A DNA stretch of 63,936 bases from an uncultured bacterium (GTDB lineage Bacteria; Ratteibacteria; UBA8468; B48-G9; DTJG01), in NCBI GenBank assembly GCA_964532995.1, contig CAZHJN010000003.1, forward strand, positions 1 to 63,936. The letters run 5' to 3'. Numbering within the stretch: position 1 is the first letter of the stretch; the number at the start of each line of letters is the position of its first letter. The notes below the pieces were generated by a model. It was not told the DNA's origin. It saw only the letters and a program-made list of their open reading frames with translations, and did no database searches. A program made the translations under genes and the position numbers. Below are positions 18,680 through 26,424 of this stretch, in pieces.

Positions 18680-19279
18680 TTATCTTATTACCGTGTAAAA
18701 AGTGCTGAGTACTTCTTCTCCCTGCATCTTAATTTTTTTTAATTCACCATCCAGATAATTGTATCCAAGAGCAGCAGGTATTGCAACAATAAGGCCGACA
18801 AATGTCACGATCAATGCCTCAGAAACACCAGATGCAATGATCGAAACCGAAGAGGTACCTGTTATTCCTATTCTGTGAAAGGACATAAGAATTCCCCAGA
18901 CTGTACCGAGTAATCCCATAAAAGGAGCAACGGCAGAAATTGAAAGAAGAAAATCAATTCTGCTGCCAATACCCAGTATTTCTTCATTCGCGTATCTTTT
19001 TAACAGGTTCAAAAGATTTTCCCGGGAAATATCCTGTTTTGCTTTTTCTTTAAGAAGTTTATTAAGTATCCTTGACCACGGAGAACCCGGAACACCTGAC
19101 ATTTTCCCGTCATAGAAATTGTTAAGAAATACCTTATTTGCTTTTTTGATTCTTTTGAAAAGAATGAATTTGTCAATCATAATAGCCCAACTATAGATCG
19201 AAAGTAAACCAAGAAGTATGAGGTCGATTTTTCCAACCCAATCACAGTGTTTCCAGCTGGCAACCCATATATTTTCCAA
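18680..19279 (-). CDS. tolQ: TolQ/ExbB (MotA family) proton-channel protein
   Basis: Three TM helices and the conserved C-terminal AVAPFMGLLGTVWGI...ALIVTFVGLIVAIPA. The track ORF (to 19333) runs through tRNA-Glu, so I trimmed it to TTG 19279, preceded by AAGGGA. The next ATG (19180) would delete TM1. Confidence 0.75.
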   Translation of the reverse strand: MENIWVASWKHCDWVGKIDLILLGLLSIYSWAIMIDKFILFKRIKKANKVFLNNFYDGKMSGVPGSPWSRILNKLLKEKAKQDISRENLLNLLKRYANEEILGIGSRIDFLLSISAVAPFMGLLGTVWGILMSFHRIGITGTSSVSIIASGVSEALIVTFVGLIVAIPAALGYNYLDGELKKIKMQGEEVLSTFYTVIR

Positions 19280-19297
19280 GATTTTCCCTTGTGTGAC

Positions 19298-19373
19298 TGG
19301 CGCCCCCAGCCGGAATCGAACCGGCGCTACCACCTTGAAAGAGTGGTGACCTAGGCCGCTAGTCGATAGGGGC
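19298..19373 (-). tRNA. tRNA-Glu (anticodon UUC), CCA encoded
   Basis: The reverse complement folds as a cloverleaf: acceptor GCCCCTA/TGGGGGC, D stem GACT/GGTC, anticodon stem CCACT/GGTGG with loop CT-TTC-AA, T arm GCCGG-TTCGATT-CCGGC, discriminator G and CCA. Confidence 0.9.
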
Positions 19374-19394
19374 TATAACCTTCTGAGTTCTACT

Positions 19395-19424
19395 TATTAT
19401 AAAAAAAAATGATCTTTCAGTCAA
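19395..19424 (-). promoter_or_regulatory. Sigma70-type promoter upstream of tRNA-Glu/tolQ
   Basis: Minus strand reads TTGACT (19424-19419), an 18-nt spacer, then TATAAT (19400-19395). The -10 box ends about 21 nt upstream of the tRNA 5' end. Confidence 0.5.
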
Positions 19425-19479
19425 GGAACTATCAGGAAAGAAAGCAAGAATTGAAATATTCTGTTACTCAAATAAATAC

Positions 19480-20334
19480 TCAACAGGCTTCAGCTTTAAT
19501 TTCACTTCTTATGTATTCTGAAGCGGCTTCCTGCCATGATCTCGGTTTATAGAACACACCGGAAAACAAAGAGGTATCCAGAACCGAAAAGTCAGGACGT
19601 GTTGCCTGTGAACTTGAAAAATTTTTGCTGCTGACGGGTATGAGTAAAGACTTATCAATTCGTAACAGTTCACAGATATATAATCCAAAATCATACCAGC
19701 TGCATTGTCCATCATTACAGAAATGTATAATTCCGGAAAATCTTGCTGATGAAATATCCAGAAGGGCTTTTGCAAGATCTTTTGCATAAGTTGGTGAATT
19801 TATAAGGTCTGTTGTTATCATGAGCTTTTGCTTTCTCAGAAGTTTTTGTGGAAGGCAACTTGCAAAATTTCTACCATCTTTACCAAAAACCCTTGATGTC
19901 CTGACTATACAGTATTCTCTGCAAATCGTCGAAACAATAAGTTCTCCTTCAAATTTGGTTTTTCCATATATTGATAAAGGATACGGTTGATCTTTTTCAG
20001 TATATTTTTTTTTCTTCTCACCGCTAAAAACGAAATCCGTGCTTACGTAAATAACATAAGAACCTGTTTTCCCTGCCATAAGAGCAATATTATTGGTACC
20101 TGTGACATTGGTTTTTAGCGCAGAAACAGGATCGTACTCTGAAGCGTCAACATCAGTGAATGCAGCAAGATGAAAAACAACATCTGGCTTTACTCTGAAG
20201 AAAACATCCTTCACTTCGGGGAAAGATGTAATATCACAATCCCTGCGTGACAGAAAAATTGAATTTTCTGATTTCAGGATTTTTGAAAGGTATCTGCCAA
20301 CAAGTCCTGTTCCACCTGTAACAAGAATTTTCAT
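19480..20334 (-). CDS. rfbD: dTDP-4-dehydrorhamnose reductase
   Basis: MKILVTGGTGLVG Rossmann motif, YGKTK catalytic Tyr-x3-Lys, 284 aa. It is the last gene of the rfbC-A-B-D order. Confidence 0.85.
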   Translation of the reverse strand: MKILVTGGTGLVGRYLSKILKSENSIFLSRRDCDITSFPEVKDVFFRVKPDVVFHLAAFTDVDASEYDPVSALKTNVTGTNNIALMAGKTGSYVIYVSTDFVFSGEKKKKYTEKDQPYPLSIYGKTKFEGELIVSTICREYCIVRTSRVFGKDGRNFASCLPQKLLRKQKLMITTDLINSPTYAKDLAKALLDISSARFSGIIHFCNDGQCSWYDFGLYICELLRIDKSLLIPVSSKNFSSSQATRPDFSVLDTSLFSGVFYKPRSWQEAASEYIRSEIKAEAC

Positions 20335-21335
20335 AATCCGGAATATTTGATTCTATAATATTCCTGAAACTCATGACTGTTTTTTAATTTTTTCCACCAC
20401 TGCTGATTCTTTTCATACCATTCAACTGTTTTTTCAATCCCTTTCTCAAAATCATAATATGGTTGAAATCCAAGATTCTTTATCTTTTCAGAGTTCAAAC
20501 TGTACCTTCTATCATGTGCTATTCGGTCGGGAACATAAACTATCAAACTTTCATCCTTTCCGAGTAATTTCAAAATCGTTCGAAGTACTTCTATATTCTG
20601 TTTTTCCTGATGGGCAGAAACATTATAGATATTACCAGGAATTCCTTTGCTGAGTAAAATTTCTATAGCCTGACATGTATCCTGGACAAAAAGCCAGTCA
20701 CGCACCTGTCTTCCATCACCATACAGAGGGATTTTTTTGTTTTCAATAGCATTGGTTATTGCAAGAGGAATAAATTTTTCAGGATGCTGAAAAGGACCGA
20801 AGTTGTTTGTGAATCTGACTATCAGAGCCGGTATCCCGTAGCATTTTACATAAGAAAGTACCAGCATATCAGCTGCTGCCTTGCTTGCAGCATATGGATT
20901 TGTTGGATTCAGTGGAGAAACTTCAGTAAAAGAACCTGATTCAATGCTGCCATAAACCTCATCGGTTGAAATATGAATAAATTTATTCACTGTTTTTGTC
21001 TTTCTTATTAACTCCAGGATTCTGAATGTCCCGAATACATCTGTCATCAAAAAATTCTCTGCATTATTAAGGGACCTGTCAACATGGGTCTCTGCTGCAA
21101 AATGAATTATCGTCTCACAGTCTTTTATTATATCTTCCATATCCCTGGCATCACATATATCAATTCTGAAAAATTTATGATTTTTGTACTTTTTAAGAAA
21201 ACAAAGCGTCATGGGATTTGCAGCATAAGTCATCTTATCCAGATTATAGAGTTCTATTTCCGGATGTTTCTCGCAGAAAAAGGAAACAAAATTCGAACCT
21301 ATAAAACCTGCCCCACCGGTAACGGCTATTTTCAT
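20331..21335 (-). CDS. rfbB: dTDP-glucose 4,6-dehydratase
   Basis: VTGGAGFIGSNF, ISTDEVYG and YAASKAAADMLV motifs; 334 aa. Confidence 0.9.
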   Translation of the reverse strand: MKIAVTGGAGFIGSNFVSFFCEKHPEIELYNLDKMTYAANPMTLCFLKKYKNHKFFRIDICDARDMEDIIKDCETIIHFAAETHVDRSLNNAENFLMTDVFGTFRILELIRKTKTVNKFIHISTDEVYGSIESGSFTEVSPLNPTNPYAASKAAADMLVLSYVKCYGIPALIVRFTNNFGPFQHPEKFIPLAITNAIENKKIPLYGDGRQVRDWLFVQDTCQAIEILLSKGIPGNIYNVSAHQEKQNIEVLRTILKLLGKDESLIVYVPDRIAHDRRYSLNSEKIKNLGFQPYYDFEKGIEKTVEWYEKNQQWWKKLKNSHEFQEYYRIKYSGL

Positions 21336-22057
21336 TCTGATGATCTCTGTTTTGCAACAAGAATGTTTGCTCTCAACAAAGAATCAAAGGTTCCTGCATC
21401 TGTCCACCAACCATCAAGAATCCCATAAGTCATTTCACCTTTCTCTATATAACGATTATTGACATCTGTAATTTCCAGCTCACCTCTTGAAGATGGTTTG
21501 AGCGTTCTTATAAAATCAAAAACCTGATTATCATACATATAAATACCGATCACAACAAATCTTGTCGGTGGAATAGAAGGTTTTTCGATAATTCTTATAA
21601 TTCTATCCTTTTCTATCTCGGCAACTCCAAATCTCTGGGGTGTATCAACTTCTTTCAATAATATTCTTGCTCCCTTTTTCTGGTTGCTGAATATTCCCAC
21701 TTCACCGGAGATATCCTTTTCCACAATGTTATCTCCAAGCATAACAATAATCTTTTCACCCGCAGCAAAATGTTCTGCAAGAGCAAGGGCATGCGCAATA
21801 CCTTTTTCACCTTCCTGATAGGCATATGTGAGATGTTCAAGCCCGAAGTCTTTCCCATTTTCAAGCAGACGTAAAAAATCTCCTGAAGATGTACCTCCGG
21901 TTATCACCATAATATCCTTTATCCCTGCTTTTACAAGAGTCTCCAGAGGATAAAAAATCATTGGTCTGTCATAAACCGGAAGTAAGTGCTTGTTTGTTAC
22001 CTTTGTCAGCGGATAAAGACGACTTCCAAGTCCACCGGCAAGAATCACACCTTTCAT
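21332..22057 (-). CDS. rfbA: Glucose-1-phosphate thymidylyltransferase (short form)
   Basis: MKGVILAGGLGSRLYPLT nucleotidyltransferase motif. The track ORF starts at 22078. I prefer ATG 22057, which gives the canonical MKG N-terminus, an AAGGA upstream and a 1-nt overlap with the rfbC-like stop. Confidence 0.85.
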   Translation of the reverse strand: MKGVILAGGLGSRLYPLTKVTNKHLLPVYDRPMIFYPLETLVKAGIKDIMVITGGTSSGDFLRLLENGKDFGLEHLTYAYQEGEKGIAHALALAEHFAAGEKIIVMLGDNIVEKDISGEVGIFSNQKKGARILLKEVDTPQRFGVAEIEKDRIIRIIEKPSIPPTRFVVIGIYMYDNQVFDFIRTLKPSSRGELEITDVNNRYIEKGEMTYGILDGWWTDAGTFDSLLRANILVAKQRSSE

Positions 22058-22512
22058 CAACGATTTTTCCTTTCCCATTTGTAAGGAATTTCTTCAGAAT
22101 CAAATGGAAGCCTGTATTCATCAGGTAATTTTGGATTATAAGGTTTCGTGGGTATATTTATCAATATTGCTTCTTCGTTCGAAACACACATAAATCCATG
22201 ATATACATTTGCTGGTATATGAACAAGCAAAGGATTATAATCACCTGAAATAAACTCGTTTATTTCTCCATAGGTTTGACTTTTCTCTCTTTGATCATAG
22301 AGGACTATTTTTGCCATACCGGAAATAACAACCATGTTATCATTTTGTTTTTTATGAAGATGCCACGCTTTTATTATTCCGGGATAACATGTGGTAATAT
22401 AAACCTGTCCAAATTTTTCAAAAATAGAATCATCACTTCTCAGGATTTCAAGAAGCCTGCCCCTTTCATCTGCCATGAAACAAAGTTTTTTTATTTTCAC
22501 ACCCTGAATCAT
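22057..22512 (-). CDS. rfbC: RmlC-like cupin, probable dTDP-4-dehydrorhamnose 3,5-epimerase
   Basis: 151 aa cupin with DERGRLLE, KAWHLHKKQ and IPANVYHGF motifs. It is first in the rfb operon. It is shorter than classical RmlC, so a 3,4-ketoisomerase-type activity cannot be excluded. Confidence 0.6.
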   Translation of the reverse strand: MIQGVKIKKLCFMADERGRLLEILRSDDSIFEKFGQVYITTCYPGIIKAWHLHKKQNDNMVVISGMAKIVLYDQREKSQTYGEINEFISGDYNPLLVHIPANVYHGFMCVSNEEAILINIPTKPYNPKLPDEYRLPFDSEEIPYKWERKNR

Positions 22513-22566
22513 ACGATTTTTCCCTGTTTATTATGTTATGGTAATTTTTCAAGTTTAGCAAATAAT

Positions 22567-23130
22567 CTAACTGTGGACCCTTTCAACATAATGCTTTGTT
22601 GAAGTTGAAACCCTTATAACATCACCTGGTTTTATAAACTGAGGAACCATTACTTCTATACTGTTTTCCAGTACAGCGCTTTTATACGTGGCATCGGTTT
22701 CACCCTTAATACCGCTACCAGTACTTATAACTTTCAATTCGATTGTCTCCGGTATTATAACGCCAATAGGTATTCCACCACAAAATTCAAACTTAAGTGA
22801 TAAACCTTCTTTCAAAAACTCTCTGAAACCTCCAAGCATATATCCGGGAATTTCAAACTGTTCATAGGTCTGTGGGTTCATGAAACAAAAATTTTCTCCC
22901 TCAGAATAAAGATATTCAAGAGCCACGATATCAAGTGAAATATCTTCCAGCTTTTCTTCAAGAACCAGTTTCATCTCCAGAATTTTACCAGTTTTTACAT
23001 TTTGAAGCTTTGCATGAACATGGCTTGAAAACCGAGCCTGCCCGGCCCTGGTTTCCACTTCAAGAACCCTGAAAATCTCATTGTCTTTTTTGATGAAACT
23101 GCCTGCCTTAAGGTTTGATGCTTCTATCAT
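22567..23130 (-). CDS. efp: Elongation factor P family protein (non-canonical beta3-beta4 loop)
   Basis: 187 aa with three-domain EF-P architecture (N-terminal KAGSFI...FRVLEVE, C-terminal GDVIRVSTSTKHYVERV). The loop reads ETRAGQARFSS instead of KPGKGQA. Confidence 0.85.
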   Translation of the reverse strand: MIEASNLKAGSFIKKDNEIFRVLEVETRAGQARFSSHVHAKLQNVKTGKILEMKLVLEEKLEDISLDIVALEYLYSEGENFCFMNPQTYEQFEIPGYMLGGFREFLKEGLSLKFEFCGGIPIGVIIPETIELKVISTGSGIKGETDATYKSAVLENSIEVMVPQFIKPGDVIRVSTSTKHYVERVHS

Positions 23131-23179
23131 GGTCTACCCCCTGTTAAAGGAAACCAGATTCAGTTTAATTTTTCATCCT

Positions 23180-24994
23180 TCATTGAACAAAGGTTGCTGT
23201 TTTTTTAAACTGAATTTCATAAAGTTTGGCGTAAAACCCACCTTTGGCAAGCAGCTGGCTATGTGTACCTATTTCGACAAGTTCACCGGCATTTATCACA
23301 AGAATTTTGTGAGCATTCATCACGGTGGACAACCTGTGGGCTATGACAAAGGATGTCCTGTTCCTGAGCAATGTTGAAATTGCATCCTGGATCAAAGCTT
23401 CAGTTTCATTGTCAACAGACGATGTTGCCTCATCAAATATCAGTATTGGAGGATTTTTCAATATTGCCCTTGCAATTGCAATACGCTGCTTCTCTCCAAC
23501 TGAAAGTTTGATACCTCTCTCGCCTATTTGATGTTCATAACCTTCTGGAAGTTTTACTATGAAATCATGGGCGTTAGCCAGTTTCGCCGCTTCTATTATT
23601 TCTTCAAACTTTGCATCAAGCCTTCCGTAGGCAATGTTTTCCATAATTGTTCCGTTAAAAAGAAAAGGTTCCTGCATAACAATGCCAATGTTTTCTCTGA
23701 GATCTTTCAATCTGTATTTCCTGATATCAACCCCATCAATAAGTATCTGTCCTGAATCAACGTCATAAAAGCGAGGAATAAGATTTATAATTGTGGTTTT
23801 TCCTGCGCCTGTTGGACCCACAAGAGCCACAGTCTCTCCAGCCTTTGCAATAAAACTGACCCGATGAAGAACCTCCACTCCCTGTTTATATGAAAAACAA
23901 ACGTTATCAAATACCACATCACCCCTCACGGGTTTCTTAATTGGTACAGGTGTCTCTGTCTCTATTACATCAGATTTAGCATCAATAATTTCAAAAATTC
24001 TTTCACTTGAAGCCCTGGCATGTTGAAGCATATGGTTTACCATGTTCAGCTGATGTATCGGACCATAAAAAAGGTTGAGATAAAAAAGAAATGAAATAAT
24101 CTGTCCTGTGCTAATATTCTGGTTTATAATTGCCATCCTGCCACCAAAAAAAAGAACGAGAACGGTTCCAAAAGCTGTTGTTATCATAATTGCAGGAGAA
24201 AAAGTTGACCATAATTTTATTGCCTGAATATTCGTTTTAATATATTCACTGCTTCTAGTGTCCAATCTGCTTATTTCATAATCCTCTCTTACAAAACTTC
24301 TTGTTTCCCTTATTCCCGAAATACTATCCTGAAGAAGGGCGCTTATTTCCCCCATCTTTCTTCTGACCTCTCTATATATCGCATGAGCTTTTACAGTGAT
24401 AAGATATGCCATAAAGGCAAGTAAAGGTATCGGAATCATTGTAATCAAAGCAAGTTTCCAGTTCATCCAGAAAAGCATGCCTGATATTCCCAGCAGGGTT
24501 AAAGAAGCAATAATGGCTGTATCAAGCCCATCAACAACAACTCTTTCTACTGCTGTAATGTCGCTGGTAATTCTTGACATGATATTGCCGGTCTGGTTTT
24601 CGTCGAAAAATTTGAAGGAGAGACGTTGAACATTTCTGTAGACCTCCTGCCAGAGATCATAGGTTATTCTCTGACCAAGCTTACCCATCAGAAATATTTT
24701 TATCCCGTTCAAAACATTTACAGCCACATAAATTATAAGAAGGGTAAAACACAATACAAACAGCCTGACCATGTTTTTCTCAACCAGTGCACTGTCTATT
24801 ATTATTCCGATAATTCTTGGTGGAGCAAGATTTAGTGCGGTCACACATACCGAAATCAATAGAGCAAAAAGGAACTGATATCTATAGGGTTTAAGGTATC
24901 TGAAAAGCCTTGTGATGCGAATACTGCTTTTCCTGTCATCGTCTATATCCGGATTAAATCTACCCATCCTGCCAAAACCAGGGGCATGAAACAT
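23180..24994 (-). CDS. ABC exporter, fused permease/ATPase (MsbA/ABCB-like)
   Basis: Six-TM N-terminal domain, Walker A GPTGAGKTT, signature LSVGEKQR and Walker B ILIFDEATS; 604 aa. Confidence 0.9.
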   Translation of the reverse strand: MFHAPGFGRMGRFNPDIDDDRKSSIRITRLFRYLKPYRYQFLFALLISVCVTALNLAPPRIIGIIIDSALVEKNMVRLFVLCFTLLIIYVAVNVLNGIKIFLMGKLGQRITYDLWQEVYRNVQRLSFKFFDENQTGNIMSRITSDITAVERVVVDGLDTAIIASLTLLGISGMLFWMNWKLALITMIPIPLLAFMAYLITVKAHAIYREVRRKMGEISALLQDSISGIRETRSFVREDYEISRLDTRSSEYIKTNIQAIKLWSTFSPAIMITTAFGTVLVLFFGGRMAIINQNISTGQIISFLFYLNLFYGPIHQLNMVNHMLQHARASSERIFEIIDAKSDVIETETPVPIKKPVRGDVVFDNVCFSYKQGVEVLHRVSFIAKAGETVALVGPTGAGKTTIINLIPRFYDVDSGQILIDGVDIRKYRLKDLRENIGIVMQEPFLFNGTIMENIAYGRLDAKFEEIIEAAKLANAHDFIVKLPEGYEHQIGERGIKLSVGEKQRIAIARAILKNPPILIFDEATSSVDNETEALIQDAISTLLRNRTSFVIAHRLSTVMNAHKILVINAGELVEIGTHSQLLAKGGFYAKLYEIQFKKTATFVQ

Positions 24995-25023
24995 AAATTT
25001 TCTCCTGAAGGTCTATAAAACTT

Positions 25024-25051
25024 ATTTTAGTATCGCAGATAAATTTTTCAA
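25024..25051 (-). promoter_or_regulatory. Putative sigma70 promoter for the ABC exporter/efp/rfb transcription unit
   Basis: Minus strand reads TTGAAA (25051-25046), a 16-nt spacer, then TAAAAT (25029-25024), about 30 nt upstream of ATG 24994, which has an AGGAG Shine-Dalgarno. Confidence 0.4.
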
Positions 25052-25076
25052 GTCATGAGGATGGTTTTGAAAAAAA

Positions 25077-25149
25077 TAGGCCGCGCAGGACTCGAACCTG
25101 CTGCCCCCGCCTTAAAAGGGCGGTGCTCTGCCAGATGAGCTAGCGGCCC
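25077..25149 (-). tRNA. tRNA-Lys (anticodon UUU), CCA not encoded
   Basis: The reverse complement is GGGCCGC-TA-GCTC-ATCTGGCA-GAGC-A-CCGCC-CTTTTAA-GGCGG-GGGCA-GCAGG-TTCGAGT-CCTGC-GCGGCCT-A. The 1:72 pair is G:U. A T6 run follows. Confidence 0.88.
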
Positions 25150-25164
25150 ATTTTTAGACAAATA

Positions 25165-25193
25165 ATTTTACTGAAAAATGTTCGTATTGTCAA
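25165..25193 (-). promoter_or_regulatory. Sigma70 promoter for tRNA-Lys
   Basis: Minus strand reads TTGACA (25193-25188), a 17-nt spacer, then TAAAAT (25170-25165). The tRNA 5' end lies 15 nt downstream of the -10 box. Confidence 0.55.
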
Positions 25194-25235
25194 AAATTCA
25201 ACAATTTGACCAAGAAAGTAAAACAAAAGTTTCAT

Positions 25236-25264
25236 TTGACAGAAATTGATTCTAAAAATAAAAT
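25236..25264 (+). promoter_or_regulatory. Sigma70 promoter for parA
   Basis: TTGACA (25236-25241), a 17-nt spacer, then TAAAAT (25259-25264). The AAGGAG Shine-Dalgarno and GTG 25306 lie downstream. Confidence 0.5.
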
Positions 25265-25305
25265 AATCCTCATATTATAAGTTCTGAACTTCATAAGGAG
25301 ATAAA

Positions 25306-26157
25306 GTGAGAAGGATTGCTGTTATAAATCAGAAAGGAGGTTCAGGAAAAACAACCACAGTTGTAAATGTCGGAGCAGCAATGGCACAAGCAGGACATAA
25401 AGTTCTTCTTGTGGACCTGGATCCACAGGCACATACAACAATTCATCTTGGTTTTGAACCATTTAAGCCTGAAAAATCAATTTATGATGTTTTGATCAAT
25501 GAAACTTTGATTGACGATGTCATTATTGCAACGCATGTAAAAAATCTTTTGCTTCTTCCGGCCAAGATTGAACTTGCAAGTGCTGAAATAGAAATGGTCA
25601 ACACGATAGGGAGAGAAATTGTCCTGCGAGAAGCCCTCAAAAAATCAAAAGAAAATCCCGAATATATACTTATTGATTGTCCACCATCACTGGGACTGTT
25701 AACGCTTAATGCTCTCACAACTGCTTCAGAAGTAATAATACCCATTCAGGCTGAATTTTTTGCCCTTGAAGGTTTGACAAAACTTGTTCAAACAATTCAA
25801 ATAGTCACTGAAAGAATAAATCCAGCAACTCATATTTCTGGAGTGTTGATAACAATGTTTGATAAAAGAAAAAATATATGCAGAGAAGTGGCTGAGAAAA
25901 CAGTAAATCATTTTGGTGAGAAAGTATTCAGAACCAAAATAAGAGAAAATGTAAAGCTCGCCGAAGCCCCGAGCTTTGGTCAGACAATATTTGAATTTGC
26001 TCCAAACTCACATGGAGCAGAAGATTATAAAAAATTAACCAGAGAGATTTTAATGGGAGGTAAACATGAAAAAAAGCGGATTGGGAAAAGACCCACTGAG
26101 CTGGATAACCACAACTATACCGGAAACAAAAAAAGGAACAAAAGAAAAAAGAACTAA
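25306..26157 (+). CDS. parA: ParA/Soj-family partition ATPase with K/R/N-rich C-terminal tail
   Basis: Deviant Walker A NQKGGSGKTTT, then LLVDLDPQ and IDCPPSLG motifs. 283 aa, about 30 aa longer than typical Soj because of the tail GKHEKKRIGKRPTELDNHNYTGNKKRNKRKKN. Confidence 0.9.
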   Translation: MRRIAVINQKGGSGKTTTVVNVGAAMAQAGHKVLLVDLDPQAHTTIHLGFEPFKPEKSIYDVLINETLIDDVIIATHVKNLLLLPAKIELASAEIEMVNTIGREIVLREALKKSKENPEYILIDCPPSLGLLTLNALTTASEVIIPIQAEFFALEGLTKLVQTIQIVTERINPATHISGVLITMFDKRKNICREVAEKTVNHFGEKVFRTKIRENVKLAEAPSFGQTIFEFAPNSHGAEDYKKLTREILMGGKHEKKRIGKRPTELDNHNYTGNKKRNKRKKN

Positions 26158-26422
26158 AATTGGAAAACCTGATATACCAAAATTTCAAACTTTTGAAGTC
26201 AGGTTAACCGTGCCTTTTTCTGAACAGCATCTGGCATTTTTAGATCAGCTGCAAAGGGAAATTTTAAAAAACAGGGATCGCCAGTTCAAAAAAGAAAGAA
26301 TAACAAAAAATTCAATTATAAGAGCCTGTATTGACGCATTCAGAGACGTTCAATTAAATCTGAAAAATATTCCTGACGAGGAAACACTTCTGGAAAGACT
26401 GAAAGAAAAAATTAAAAAGTGA
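26066..26422 (+). CDS. Small ParA partner candidate: ribbon-helix-helix-like protein with ParB-like N-terminal peptide
   Basis: ATG 26066 has a GGGAGG 5 nt upstream. 118 aa. The N-terminus is KKSGLGKDPLSWI, followed by a basic linker. The predicted beta strand is FEVRLTVPF, with helices EQHLAFLDQLQREIL and KNSIIRACIDAF. The gene starts 92 nt inside the parA ORF, in the +1 frame. Confidence 0.5.
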   Translation: MKKSGLGKDPLSWITTTIPETKKGTKEKRTKIGKPDIPKFQTFEVRLTVPFSEQHLAFLDQLQREILKNRDRQFKKERITKNSIIRACIDAFRDVQLNLKNIPDEETLLERLKEKIKK

Positions 26423-26424
26423 GT

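Noticed and set aside
19280-19333. N-terminal extension of the tolQ ORF (GTG 19333, MVAPVRFRLGAPVTQGK).
   Set aside because: This stretch is the antisense-coordinate body of tRNA-Glu on the same strand (19298-19373). The reading frame there is coincidental, and the start was moved to TTG 19279.
19298-25149. Region bracketed by tRNA-Glu and tRNA-Lys as a possible tRNA-targeted genomic island.
   Set aside because: There is no integrase, no tRNA 3'-end direct repeat that I could find, and the content is core (efp, rfb, ABC exporter).
25188-25241. Three TTGAC-containing motifs (inverted GTCAAAAAT at 25189-25197; ATTTGAC at 25204-25210 and 25234-25240) as possible parS/operator repeats for the ParA/RHH pair.
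   Set aside because: Two of them coincide with -35 boxes of well-spaced divergent promoters (tRNA-Lys and parA). The remaining similarity is short and AT-rich, so there is not enough evidence for a centromere.
26069-26150. A7/A7/A6 runs in the parA/RHH overlap as a programmed +1 frameshift site fusing ParA to the RHH protein.
   Set aside because: The downstream gene has its own strong Shine-Dalgarno site and ATG. No stimulatory structure is seen. A homopolymer sequencing error is an equally good explanation. It is kept only as a caveat in the ParA finding.
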